From NCBI GenBank assembly GCA_017889745.1, contig JAGGAG010000003.1:1-40090 (forward strand): a DNA stretch of 40,090 bases. Reading direction: 5' to 3'. The notes under the pieces are model-generated. The model searched no databases. It saw only the letters and a list, made by a program, of their open reading frames with translations, and was not told the origin of the DNA. Positions 9,501 through 17,613 of the stretch are shown piece by piece. Every line of letters begins with the position of its first letter. Position 1 is the first letter of the stretch. Made by a program: the position numbers and the translations under genes. The DNA is from Gemmatimonadota bacterium. GTDB lineage: Bacteria; Gemmatimonadota; Gemmatimonadetes; Gemmatimonadales; GWC2-71-9.

Positions 9501-9552
9501 GCTTTTTAGCATTTGTTTAACGTGGCTGCAATACGCGGCAAATGACCACGAA
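9501..9552 (-). ncRNA. SAM-II (SAM-alpha) riboswitch aptamer
   Basis: Minus strand reads TCGTGGTCATTTGCCGCGTATTGCAGCCACGTTAAACAAATGCTAAAAAGC(G). P1 is CGTGGT/GCCACG, L1 contains AUUU, and GUAUUGCA can form the pseudoknot with UGCUAAAAA. This matches the SAM-II consensus by eye. Confidence 0.85.
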
Positions 9553-9568
9553 TCAGTTGTCGTAATGA

Positions 9569-9597
9569 GAGATACGTGGAACCGGTGTGGCTGTCAA
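9569..9597 (-). promoter_or_regulatory. Putative sigma70 promoter for riboswitch-thrC operon
   Basis: TTGACA (9597-9592), a 17-nt spacer, then TATCTC (9574-9569), about 17 nt upstream of the aptamer. Confidence 0.55.
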
Positions 9598-9614
9598 GCT
9601 GGGATGCGGCAGCC

Positions 9615-10730
9615 CTATAGCAACTTCACGATCCATTCTCCCACCACGTAGCCGATCCCGGCCACGCCGAGTCCTACGAGGAACATGTCCATCCCGCTAC
9701 GGACCACGCCGCGCCCGGTAAAGAAGCTCCTCGCCGCGCCGACCGCGAAGTGGCTCAGCATCGCGAGCGCGAACGACGTCCAGATGACCAGCGGTCCGCG
9801 GCCGAAGAAGAACGGCGCCACGGGGATGAACGCACCCAATGCCGTGGCGGTACCGGTGACCCAGGCCTCCCGCCTCGGAGTGCTCGTGGCCTCGCCGATT
9901 CCGAGTTCCTCGCGCACCTTCTCGGCCAGCGCGCGCTCCGGGTCCTTCATCACTTCGGCGGCCAGCGCGTCGGCCTGGGCCGCGGGGATGCCCTTGGCCT
10001 GGTAGATGAGGCTCAATTCCTCGCCCTCGAGTTCGGGCATGAGCTTGATCTCGTCGCGCTCCATGGCGATCTCGTGCTCGAAGACCTCCCGCTCGCTCTT
10101 CGCGGCGAGGTAGCCCGACGACCCCATCGAGAGCGCATCAGCCACCATACCGGCCACGCCGGCCACCAGCACCGCATGGCTCCCCAGGTTGGCGCCCTGC
10201 GCGCCGATCATGCCGGCCACCAGGCCGAAGTTGGCGGTGAGTCCGTCGTTGAAGCCGTACACCACGTTCCGGAGGAACCCGCCGGCACCCGTCTTGTGCC
10301 ACGGCTCGGCGGCGCCCCCGCCGATGGCCGCGAGCCGTTCCGCGTGTTCCTTGGACTCGCGCGCCAGCTTGAGCGCCGTCGGCCCCGCCGCGCCCTCGGG
10401 CGCCTCGCGATAGAGCGAGAGGTAGCTCTTCACCTCTCGGCCCTCTTCCTCCAGCAGCAGCGGCAGCACCACGCCGGGGCCGATGCGCCGCGCCACCCAC
10501 GCACGGATCCGTGCGTCCCGGGAAGGTGGCGGCACTTTCACGGTGTGCCCCTGCTCGGTGAGCAGCGTCTGCCACGCTTCGACGTGCCGGTCCTCGACCT
10601 CCGCCAACTGTCCGTAAATCTTCGAGCGGCCGGGATCACGCTCGGCCTGTGCCAACTCGCGGTACAGAAACGCCGCGTCGGCCTCGTCGGCGAGGTGGTG
10701 CAGCCAGTCGGCGGGAGGAGCCTGAGTCAT
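9615..10730 (-). CDS. VIT1/CCC1 iron transporter with N-terminal rubrerythrin/ferritin-like domain
   Basis: N-terminal EADAAFLY...EVEDRH...ESKEH di-iron-like motifs; VIT1 motifs LRNVVYGFNDGL and ALSMGSSGYLAAKSE. Confidence 0.9.
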   Translation of the reverse strand: MTQAPPADWLHHLADEADAAFLYRELAQAERDPGRSKIYGQLAEVEDRHVEAWQTLLTEQGHTVKVPPPSRDARIRAWVARRIGPGVVLPLLLEEEGREVKSYLSLYREAPEGAAGPTALKLARESKEHAERLAAIGGGAAEPWHKTGAGGFLRNVVYGFNDGLTANFGLVAGMIGAQGANLGSHAVLVAGVAGMVADALSMGSSGYLAAKSEREVFEHEIAMERDEIKLMPELEGEELSLIYQAKGIPAAQADALAAEVMKDPERALAEKVREELGIGEATSTPRREAWVTGTATALGAFIPVAPFFFGRGPLVIWTSFALAMLSHFAVGAARSFFTGRGVVRSGMDMFLVGLGVAGIGYVVGEWIVKLL

Positions 10731-10836
10731 GGGCCAAATATAAGCCCCTTCGCAAGATACGTTGCGGCAACGGCTTGCCCGCTCAGCTCTGCGGAGGCCA
10801 TCCCGCTTACCGCTCACCGCTCACGCTTCTACACCC

Positions 10837-10864
10837 TGCAACGCTCCTCCCGCCTCCCGCATCT
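10837..10864 (+). promoter_or_regulatory. Possible ECF-type (autoregulatory) promoter
   Basis: TGCAAC-N16-GCATCT just upstream of the ECF sigma gene, with the AAC -35 core typical of ECF promoters. Confidence 0.35.
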
Positions 10865-10875
10865 TTATCAGTGCC

Positions 10876-11430
10876 ATGACACGAGCGCTGCTGATGGATT
10901 CACACCCGATCGCCAATGCCGAATCGGTGGTAGCCCGGGCCCGGGAGGGTGACGCGGCGGCACTCGAGGCGCTCTACCGGGCCTTCGAGGTCCCGGTCTA
11001 CAACCTCGCCCGCCGGATATGCCGTACCACCGAGGACGCCGAGGACGTGCTGCAGGAGACCTTCTTCGAGGTGTGCCGCAGCATCGGACGGTACCGGCAG
11101 GACGGCAGCCTCTGGGGATGGGTGCGGACGATCGCGGCGAGCAAGGCGCTGATGCGCCTCCGGCGGAACAAGTACCGGGATGCCGATGAGCTGCACGACG
11201 ACGTCATGGAGCACCGGCGCGAGGATACGGCCCTGCGCATGGACCTCGAGGCGGCGCTCGAGCGGCTGGGTGAGACGTCACGCGCGGTCGTCTGGTTGCA
11301 CGACGTCGAGGGCTTTACCCACGACGAGATTGCCGGGATGATGGGAAAGACCGTGAGCTTTTCGAAGTCCCAGCTGGCACGGGCACATACGCGCCTCAGG
11401 AAATGGCTGGGAGAGGAGTCGCTGGGATGA
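10876..11430 (+). CDS. ECF RNA polymerase sigma factor
   Basis: Region 2 (DAEDVLQETF...WVRTIA) and region 4 (LHDVEGFTHDEIAGMMG...SKSQLARA). Alternative start at 10894. Confidence 0.93.
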   Translation: MTRALLMDSHPIANAESVVARAREGDAAALEALYRAFEVPVYNLARRICRTTEDAEDVLQETFFEVCRSIGRYRQDGSLWGWVRTIAASKALMRLRRNKYRDADELHDDVMEHRREDTALRMDLEAALERLGETSRAVVWLHDVEGFTHDEIAGMMGKTVSFSKSQLARAHTRLRKWLGEESLG

Positions 11431-12035
11431 CACACCTGACGATGGAACAGCTGCTGGAGCTGCGCGAGCCGGGCATCGAACCCGGAACCGCTGCGCAGCG
11501 CGAGCACCTGGAGCACTGCGAGGCCTGCCGGCTCGAACTCGATCGACTGGAGCAGCGTGCCGCGCGCCTGCGCGCCCTGCCCACCCTGCGGCCGGCGCGC
11601 GACCAGTGGCCGCGCGTCGCGGCCAGGGTCAACACCGTGCGCCGGCAGCGGCGGATCCGCTGGGCTACGGCGGGCGCGATGGCGCTCGCCGCCTCGCTCG
11701 CGCTGGCGCTGCTGGTGAAACGGCCGTTGCCGGCGGCACCGGCGACGTCGTCCGAGCAGGAGCTGTCGTCGCTCATGCAGCGCTCGCGCGCGCTGGAGGC
11801 GGCGATCGGCGCGTACGATCCCGATGCACGGGTGCTGGACGGACGGACCAGCCGGGTCGCCTCCGATCTCGAGGATCGCATCGCCGACGTGGACCGGCGG
11901 CTGGAACGCACCGAACTCGCGGCGCCGCCCGGAACGGGCGGGCCCGACGTGATGCAGCTCTGGCAGGAACGGGTGGGACTTCTTGATGCGCTGGTGGACG
12001 TGCACGTCACCCGCGCCAGCAACGTCGGGCTCTGA
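11427..12035 (+). CDS. Zinc-binding (HxxxCxxC) membrane anti-sigma factor
   Basis: ATGA overlap with the sigma gene; HLEHCEAC motif; one TM segment (WATAGAMALAASLALALLV); C-terminal helical region. Confidence 0.85.
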   Translation: MTHLTMEQLLELREPGIEPGTAAQREHLEHCEACRLELDRLEQRAARLRALPTLRPARDQWPRVAARVNTVRRQRRIRWATAGAMALAASLALALLVKRPLPAAPATSSEQELSSLMQRSRALEAAIGAYDPDARVLDGRTSRVASDLEDRIADVDRRLERTELAAPPGTGGPDVMQLWQERVGLLDALVDVHVTRASNVGL

Positions 12036-12052
12036 GCCCCGAAGGAGACTTC

Positions 12053-13045
12053 ATGTACCGGACACACTGGATCGCACTCGCCCTTGGCGCCGCCGGCGCC
12101 ATGCCGCTTGTCGCGCAGGACGCCCAGCCGCAGCCCAGGTCGCAGGTGCGCATCGAGCGCCATGGCAGCCCGGGGTGGAATGGCCCGGGCGACATGGAGA
12201 TCATGATGACCCGGCGTGCCCGGCTCGGCATCAAGGTCAACCTGCAGGCGCGCGCCAGCGATTCCATCGGGGCCTACGTGGAGGCGGTCACCCCCGGCGG
12301 ACCGGCGGCCAAGGCCGGTCTCGAGGCGGGTGACGTGATCACGAAGCTCGACGGCACCTCACTGGTTGGCGGGAGCAAGCAGGGGAGTGCAGACCGGTCG
12401 CTGCCGGGCATGCGCTTGATCGAGTTGGCGGCGCGCCTGCCCGCCAACGACACCATCCCGATCGACTACCGCCGCGGCAAGGACCGCAAGAGCACGACGC
12501 TCGTGACGCAGGAAGACCCCGAGAAGGTCTTCGTGATGACGCCTGATGGTGACCGGGAGTTCTCCTTCCGCTTCGACGGCGACGGCCCGGAAGGCTTCGA
12601 GGGACAGGCAATGCCCGGCATGGGCATGCGGGTGCCGATGGCCCCCGGCATGAAGATGCGGACGCCCATGGGTGGTGGGGACATGCCGTTCAGGGTGTTC
12701 ATCTCGTCGGAACTGGAGGAGCTCGAACTGGTGCCGCTCAATCCCGACCTGGCGCCCTATTTCGGCGCCAGCGACGGTGTGCTGGTGATCAACGTGCCGC
12801 AGGGATCGACGCTGGGGCTCAAGGGCGGCGACGTGGTGCTGACCATCGACGGCCGGAAGCCGGCCAACACGGCGCAGATGCACCGCATACTCCGGTCCTA
12901 CGATCCGGGGAACACCGTGAAGTTCGAGATCCTGCGCAACAAGAAGACGATCACGGTGTCGGGCACGATCCCGAATCCGCCCGACATGAAGTGGAAGACG
13001 GGTGACAGTGTGAAGGTGAGAACAAAGGGCGCGACGGGTACGTGA
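12053..13045 (+). CDS. Secreted protein with two PDZ domains
   Basis: SD AAGGAG and a signal peptide. PDZ1: ARLGIKV...VTPGGPAAKAGLEAGDVITKLDG. PDZ2: GVLVINVP...LGLKGGDVVLTIDG. Confidence 0.85.
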   Translation: MYRTHWIALALGAAGAMPLVAQDAQPQPRSQVRIERHGSPGWNGPGDMEIMMTRRARLGIKVNLQARASDSIGAYVEAVTPGGPAAKAGLEAGDVITKLDGTSLVGGSKQGSADRSLPGMRLIELAARLPANDTIPIDYRRGKDRKSTTLVTQEDPEKVFVMTPDGDREFSFRFDGDGPEGFEGQAMPGMGMRVPMAPGMKMRTPMGGGDMPFRVFISSELEELELVPLNPDLAPYFGASDGVLVINVPQGSTLGLKGGDVVLTIDGRKPANTAQMHRILRSYDPGNTVKFEILRNKKTITVSGTIPNPPDMKWKTGDSVKVRTKGATGT

Positions 13046-13087
13046 TCGACCGCCGCCTCACTCCTCACACAGTCGTTCTTCCTCGAG

Positions 13088-14806
13088 TCAGGCGGTTAAC
13101 GGCCGCACCTTCCGGCGCTCCAGATCGGGATGGACGCGCCGGGCCAGGTCGATGAACATCGGGATGTCGAGGCTCTGCGGGCCGTCACTCATTGCCTGCT
13201 TCGGGTTGGGATGTACCTCCACTATGAGTCCCGCTGCTCCCGCCGCGAGCGAGGCCTCGGCGAGCGGCGTCACCAGGCTGGCCACGCCCGCCGCATGACT
13301 CGGGTCCACCACCACCGGCAGGTGTGACCGCTCGCGAACCAGCACCACCGCGTTGAGGTCGAGCGTGTGACGGGTGGCGCGCTCGAAGGTGCGGATGCCC
13401 CGCTCGCACAGCACCACGTTGGGGTTGCCCTCCGCCAGCACGTACTCCGCCGCCATCAGCCATTCCTCGATTGTGGCCCCTGCGCCGCGCTTGAGCAGCA
13501 CTGGCACGCCGCTCCTGGCCGCGGCCCGGAGGAGGGAGAAGTTCTGCATGTTCCTGGCACCGATCTGCAGCATGTCGGCGAAGTGCGCGACCAGCGGCAC
13601 CTCCTCCCAGCTCAGCACCTCCGTGACGATCGGCAGGCCGGTGCGCTCGCGCGCCTCGGCGAGATACCGCAGTCCCTTCACCCCCAGCCCCTGGAAGTCA
13701 TAGGGCGAGGTGCGCGGCTTGAATGCGCCGCCCCGCAGCATGTCGCCGCCCGCGCTTGCCACCGCGTCCGCTGTCTCCAGGATCATCTCGCGGCTCTCGA
13801 CCGAGCACGGTCCGGCGATCAGCACCGGGCTGGCGCCACCGAACTCCAGGTGGCGCACCTTGACGATCGAGCCCTGCGGGGCGCGCCGCCGGTCGATGAG
13901 CGGGATGTCCGGCTTCTTCACGTGGTGCGCGGGCGTCGGATGGAAGATCTGGAAGCTGGGTACGCCCTCCGTCCAGGCCTCGTAGCTGCCCAGAATGATC
14001 AGTTGCGCCGCCAGTGCCTCGACTTCCTCCAGCGCCTCGGCGACGCGCGGCTCCGTGGCCGCACCTTCCACGTCGACGTAGAACCGGTAGGTCCACGGCG
14101 CCGACGGCTCGGGCCGCGACTGCAGTGCCGTGAGGTTGACGCCCCGCGCGCTGAAGGCGAGCAGCGTGTGCGCCAGCATCCCGGGGCGGTGATCGAGCGA
14201 CACGATGAGCGAGGTCTTGAACGGGCCCGAGCCGGCGGGAGCCGCTGGCGCGCCCTGGCGGCTGAAGATCAGGAAGCGGGTCTGGTTGGTGGGATCATCC
14301 TCGATCCGTTCCGCCAGAGGCACCAGGCCATGCGCCGCGGCAGCCGGCAGTGCCGCGATCGCGGCCTCGGTCGGGTCGCCATGTGCCGCCACCATCTCGG
14401 CGCTTCCAGCGGTATCCCACGCGCTGACCAGCTCGGCATTGGGCAGGTGCTTCGAGAGCCAGCGCCGGCACTGACCCAGCGCCACCGGGTGCGAGTACAC
14501 CCGCCTGATATCCTCCACCCGTGCGCCCGGCACCGCCATGATCGTGTGGTGAACGGGCAGCAGCGTCTCGTGCGTCAGGGCCAGCGTACCGTCGCCGAAC
14601 GCCTCGTGCAGCAGGTCGTAGGTGGCGGTGACCGAGCCGATCAGGGAGTTCTCGATCGGGAGGCAGCCAGCATCGGCCCGTCCCTCACGGACCGCCGCCA
14701 CCGCGTCCGCCACCTCGCGGCAGGGGATGGCTTCGAGCTCGGGCCACCGGCGTCGTGCCGCCGCTTCACTGAAGGCGCCGTGGGTGCCCTGGATGGCTAC
14801 GCGCAT
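13088..14806 (-). CDS. pheA-aroF: Fusion: prephenate dehydratase-ACT (PheA) plus type I-beta DAHP synthase
   Basis: N-half: VAIQGTHGAFSE, PIENS, SHPVALGQC, NQTRF, and ACT with HRPGML...LQSRP. C-half: IAGPCSVES, GGAFKPRTSPYDFQG, IGARNMQN, LCERGIR, DPSH, SDGPQSL. Confidence 0.93.
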   Translation of the reverse strand: MRVAIQGTHGAFSEAAARRRWPELEAIPCREVADAVAAVREGRADAGCLPIENSLIGSVTATYDLLHEAFGDGTLALTHETLLPVHHTIMAVPGARVEDIRRVYSHPVALGQCRRWLSKHLPNAELVSAWDTAGSAEMVAAHGDPTEAAIAALPAAAAHGLVPLAERIEDDPTNQTRFLIFSRQGAPAAPAGSGPFKTSLIVSLDHRPGMLAHTLLAFSARGVNLTALQSRPEPSAPWTYRFYVDVEGAATEPRVAEALEEVEALAAQLIILGSYEAWTEGVPSFQIFHPTPAHHVKKPDIPLIDRRRAPQGSIVKVRHLEFGGASPVLIAGPCSVESREMILETADAVASAGGDMLRGGAFKPRTSPYDFQGLGVKGLRYLAEARERTGLPIVTEVLSWEEVPLVAHFADMLQIGARNMQNFSLLRAAARSGVPVLLKRGAGATIEEWLMAAEYVLAEGNPNVVLCERGIRTFERATRHTLDLNAVVLVRERSHLPVVVDPSHAAGVASLVTPLAEASLAAGAAGLIVEVHPNPKQAMSDGPQSLDIPMFIDLARRVHPDLERRKVRPLTA

Positions 14807-14845
14807 TGGGTCATGCTCCTGTGGTGTGCCGCTCGTGTCATGCCG

Positions 14846-14884
14846 AAAAAGGAAACGCCCCGCCGGCTGCTGCCGGCGGGGCGT
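14846..14884 (-). terminator. Attenuator terminator hairpin upstream of pheA-aroF
   Basis: Minus strand reads ACGCCCCGCCGGC-AGCA-GCCGGCGGGGCGT-TTCCTTTTT: a perfect 13-bp stem followed by a U-rich tail. Confidence 0.88.
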
Positions 14885-14905
14885 CGAGGGTCCGTTCAGG
14901 TCGCG

Positions 14906-14986
14906 CTACTGCACGCTACCGGAACCGGACGCAGCTCGAGCCGCGCCGGCGCTGGTAAAAAAGAAGTACCACGACCGTGTATTCAT
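14906..14986 (-). CDS. Aromatic amino-acid attenuation leader peptide MNTRSWYFFFTSAGAARAASGSGSVQ
   Basis: ATG AAT ACA CGG TCG TGG TAC TTC TTT TTT ACC...CAG TAG: five consecutive aromatic codons, ending 21 nt before the terminator and directly upstream of the aromatic-pathway gene. Confidence 0.85.
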   Translation of the reverse strand: MNTRSWYFFFTSAGAARAASGSGSVQ

Positions 14987-14993
14987 GCAGGGG

Positions 14994-15022
14994 AGTCTCG
15001 TTCCGGGGCCGCCGGGTGTCAA
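14994..15022 (-). promoter_or_regulatory. Putative sigma70 promoter producing a leaderless leader-peptide transcript
   Basis: TTGACA (15022-15017), a 17-nt spacer, then GAGACT (14999-14994). The ATG follows 7 nt later and there is no SD. Confidence 0.55.
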
Positions 15023-15079
15023 GTGCAGGACGCCTGGCGGTCGACCGAGCCGGCCCACTGGCGGAGGAACCACATCGCC

Positions 15080-15328
15080 TCACGACAGTTGGATCTGCCC
15101 TCCGGCGAAGAGGAACTGCTCCATGCTCTTGAGAAGCATTTCCTTGGCCTTGGGATCCCGCACGTTGAGGCCGTAGTGATTGATCATCTGCTGCTGGGCC
15201 TTGATCCACTCCGCCCAGCAGGTGGCACAGATTTCCTGATAAAGCCGCCGTCCCAGTTCATTCTGGAAGGGCTGGAAGCTCATCTGGTCGCGGGTCTGGC
15301 CGCACCGGGTGCAGTTGATGTGAGGCAT
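15080..15328 (-). CDS. yggX: Fe(II)-trafficking / oxidative damage protection protein YggX family
   Basis: MPHINCTRCG...PFQNELGRRLYQEIC..CWAEWIKAQQQMINHYGLN...MEQFLF matches the family pattern. Confidence 0.88.
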   Translation of the reverse strand: MPHINCTRCGQTRDQMSFQPFQNELGRRLYQEICATCWAEWIKAQQQMINHYGLNVRDPKAKEMLLKSMEQFLFAGGQIQLS

Positions 15329-15387
15329 GACGAAAAAGTAGCGTGCTCGTGCACTGGTGGCGAGGCGCCGCCGCTCCCATCGCATGA

Positions 15388-15690
15388 TCATGGGTAGAGC
15401 CTCCCTCGCGCTGACTCGGTACGCCCGAGCGCCCGCACGCCCGCGGCCGTACCCATCCCCGTGCCGACGCCGAAGACGATCGCGGTGCCAAGGGACACGA
15501 GCGGAAGGGCCGAAAGCGGCCACGCCAGCAGGAACGCCGCCGCGCCGGCCACCAGCGGGGCAAAGGGCGACCGCATCGCGTCCACGAAACGGAGCCGCCG
15601 CTGCACGAAGTTGCGTGCAAAGAAATAGCTGCCGATCGCCGATGCGGCGAAGATGAGCAGGGATGTGAGCGCCATGAGTTTGCCTACCAT
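15388..15690 (-). CDS. Small hypothetical membrane protein
   Basis: 100 aa with about three hydrophobic segments; GAGG upstream of the ATG. Confidence 0.7.
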   Translation of the reverse strand: MVGKLMALTSLLIFAASAIGSYFFARNFVQRRLRFVDAMRSPFAPLVAGAAAFLLAWPLSALPLVSLGTAIVFGVGTGMGTAAGVRALGRTESARGRLYP

Positions 15691-15826
15691 TGAGAAACCT
15701 CAGTTGAGCCTGAATCGTACCGAACGCGTTTCAGTACGGAACAACCGTCCGGCGAGTTTCATGCGTATCGCTTTGGCGGCAACCCGGCCAGTATTCCGCA
15801 CCAGCCACGTCCGGAGACGCACGGCA

Positions 15827-16246
15827 ATGAGCAGCAAGCATCCGGTGGTCAGCATCCCCGACGTGGGCAGTATGGACCACGCGTGGGATGTCCTCGGTCC
15901 CTGGGAGGTCGATTTCGAGCTCCTGGAGCAGAATGACCGCGTACCCGGCGAACTGGCCTTCAACTCGTGGGACGAGGCGGAGTTGCGCCTGGACGAGGCC
16001 CGGGCGTCGGTGATGGGCGTGCCGGCGGTGGTGCGCCTCGAGCGCGACAGCGAGATCGAGCGAACGGATGCGGGCGGGGGGGCGCTGGAGTGGATGATGG
16101 GCGCGTCGGGCGCCCCGTGGTCCTTGCGCTGCGTCATGTGGCCCGGTGACCTCTACCTTCGCGTCGAGCACGCGGAGCATGACGAGGAACTCTTCCGGTT
16201 GCGGGCGCGCCGCACCCGCGAGTACTACGCCGCCAAGTATCCCTGA
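15827..16246 (+). CDS. Hypothetical protein
   Basis: GGAG upstream of ATG 15827; 139 aa, acidic and beta-rich, with GC3-biased codons. Confidence 0.7.
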   Translation: MSSKHPVVSIPDVGSMDHAWDVLGPWEVDFELLEQNDRVPGELAFNSWDEAELRLDEARASVMGVPAVVRLERDSEIERTDAGGGALEWMMGASGAPWSLRCVMWPGDLYLRVEHAEHDEELFRLRARRTREYYAAKYP

Positions 16247-16253
16247 GGTTCCG

Positions 16254-17249
16254 CTACCAGCGGAGCGCCACGCTTCCCCACATGAAGCCGGATCCGAACG
16301 CGGTGCCGACAACGAGGTCGCCGGCCTTGAGCCGGCCCGCGCGCGCGCACTCGTCGAGCGCGATCGGGATCGTCGCCGCGGTCGTGTTGCCGTAGGACAT
16401 GATGTTGTTGTAGACCTGGTCGTCACGCAGGCCGAGGGTCTTCTGGACCATCTCGGAGATGCGCAGGTTGGCCTGGTGCGGCACCAGGAGCGTGACGCCC
16501 TCCAGTGACTCCCCCACGCCGGTGAGCACGGCGCGCACCGACTCGGGCATGCGCACCACCGCGTGGCGGAACACCTCCTTGCCGTCCATGTGGAGCCAGT
16601 GGCGTCCCTGGGCCATCAGTACCGGGCTGATCCTCGGGTGATACATCGAGCCGGGGGCGTCGACCCAGAGCTTGTCGGCGAAAGCGCCGTCCGAGTGCAG
16701 GTCGAACCCCAGGATACCGCGGTCCTCGCCAGCGGACGGCCCGAGCACGACGGCGCCGGCCCCATCGGCGAAGATCACCGCCGTGGCACGGCCGGCCGTC
16801 GAGGCGTCCAGGCCGGTCGACTGCACCTCCTGGCCCACCACCAGCACATGCCGGAACAGGCCCCCCCTGATGTAGGCATCCGCTGTCGCGAGCGCATAGA
16901 TGAACCCGCTGCATTGGGCGCGCACGTCGAGGGCGGGAATCGGCCCCAGGCCGAGCCGGTGCTGCAGCAGCACGCCATTACCGGGAGCGAAGTGGTCCGG
17001 CGTCGACGTCGCCAGGACGATGGCATCGATGTCTCCATCGGCGAGGCCTGAGGCCGCGATGGCGCGCCGGCTGGCGCGCTCCGCCAGGTCAACGCCGGTC
17101 TCGCCCTCGCGCACCCAGTGCCGCTGGCGGATACCGGTGCGTTGCGTTATCCACTCGTCGGTGGTGTCCATGACGGCGGCCAGCTCGTCATTGGTGACGA
17201 TGCGATCGGGGACGGCCATGCCGGTGCCGAGGATGACGCTTCGTGTCAT
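16254..17249 (-). CDS. fabH: 3-oxoacyl-ACP synthase III
   Basis: WITQRTGI, catalytic AQCSGF, FADGAGA, PHQAN, YGNTTAA, AFGSGF. Confidence 0.93.
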   Translation of the reverse strand: MTRSVILGTGMAVPDRIVTNDELAAVMDTTDEWITQRTGIRQRHWVREGETGVDLAERASRRAIAASGLADGDIDAIVLATSTPDHFAPGNGVLLQHRLGLGPIPALDVRAQCSGFIYALATADAYIRGGLFRHVLVVGQEVQSTGLDASTAGRATAVIFADGAGAVVLGPSAGEDRGILGFDLHSDGAFADKLWVDAPGSMYHPRISPVLMAQGRHWLHMDGKEVFRHAVVRMPESVRAVLTGVGESLEGVTLLVPHQANLRISEMVQKTLGLRDDQVYNNIMSYGNTTAATIPIALDECARAGRLKAGDLVVGTAFGSGFMWGSVALRW

Positions 17250-17358
17250 GGGTTGCTGGAAGAGGGTGGCAGGAACTGCACGGGAAAGATGTTGCCCATC
17301 GGTGCACTGATTGGCAAGAGCGGGAGGCGAAGTGACGAATCACCGGGAGAGACAGGGC

Positions 17359-17580
17359 ATGCACGAGGAAGAACGGGACGACGAGGAGCAGGCCGACACG
17401 GAGCAGGAGCTGTCCTGTCCCTATTGCGGCGAGACCGTGGCGATCACCGTCGATCCAGCCGGCGGGGCGGAGCAGGAATACGTCGAGGACTGCCCGGTGT
17501 GCTGCCAGCCGTGGCAGGTGCACGTGGAGGTCGACGCCGACGGGCGGGTCCACGTATGGGCCGACGCCGCCGACGAATGA
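17359..17580 (+). CDS. CPXCG-motif cysteine-rich protein
   Basis: CPYCGE...YVEDCPVCCQPW. Confidence 0.85.
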   Translation: MHEEERDDEEQADTEQELSCPYCGETVAITVDPAGGAEQEYVEDCPVCCQPWQVHVEVDADGRVHVWADAADE

Positions 17581-17613
17581 CCGGGTGAGGTACCCGGTCC
17601 CTGGCCGGGGTCA

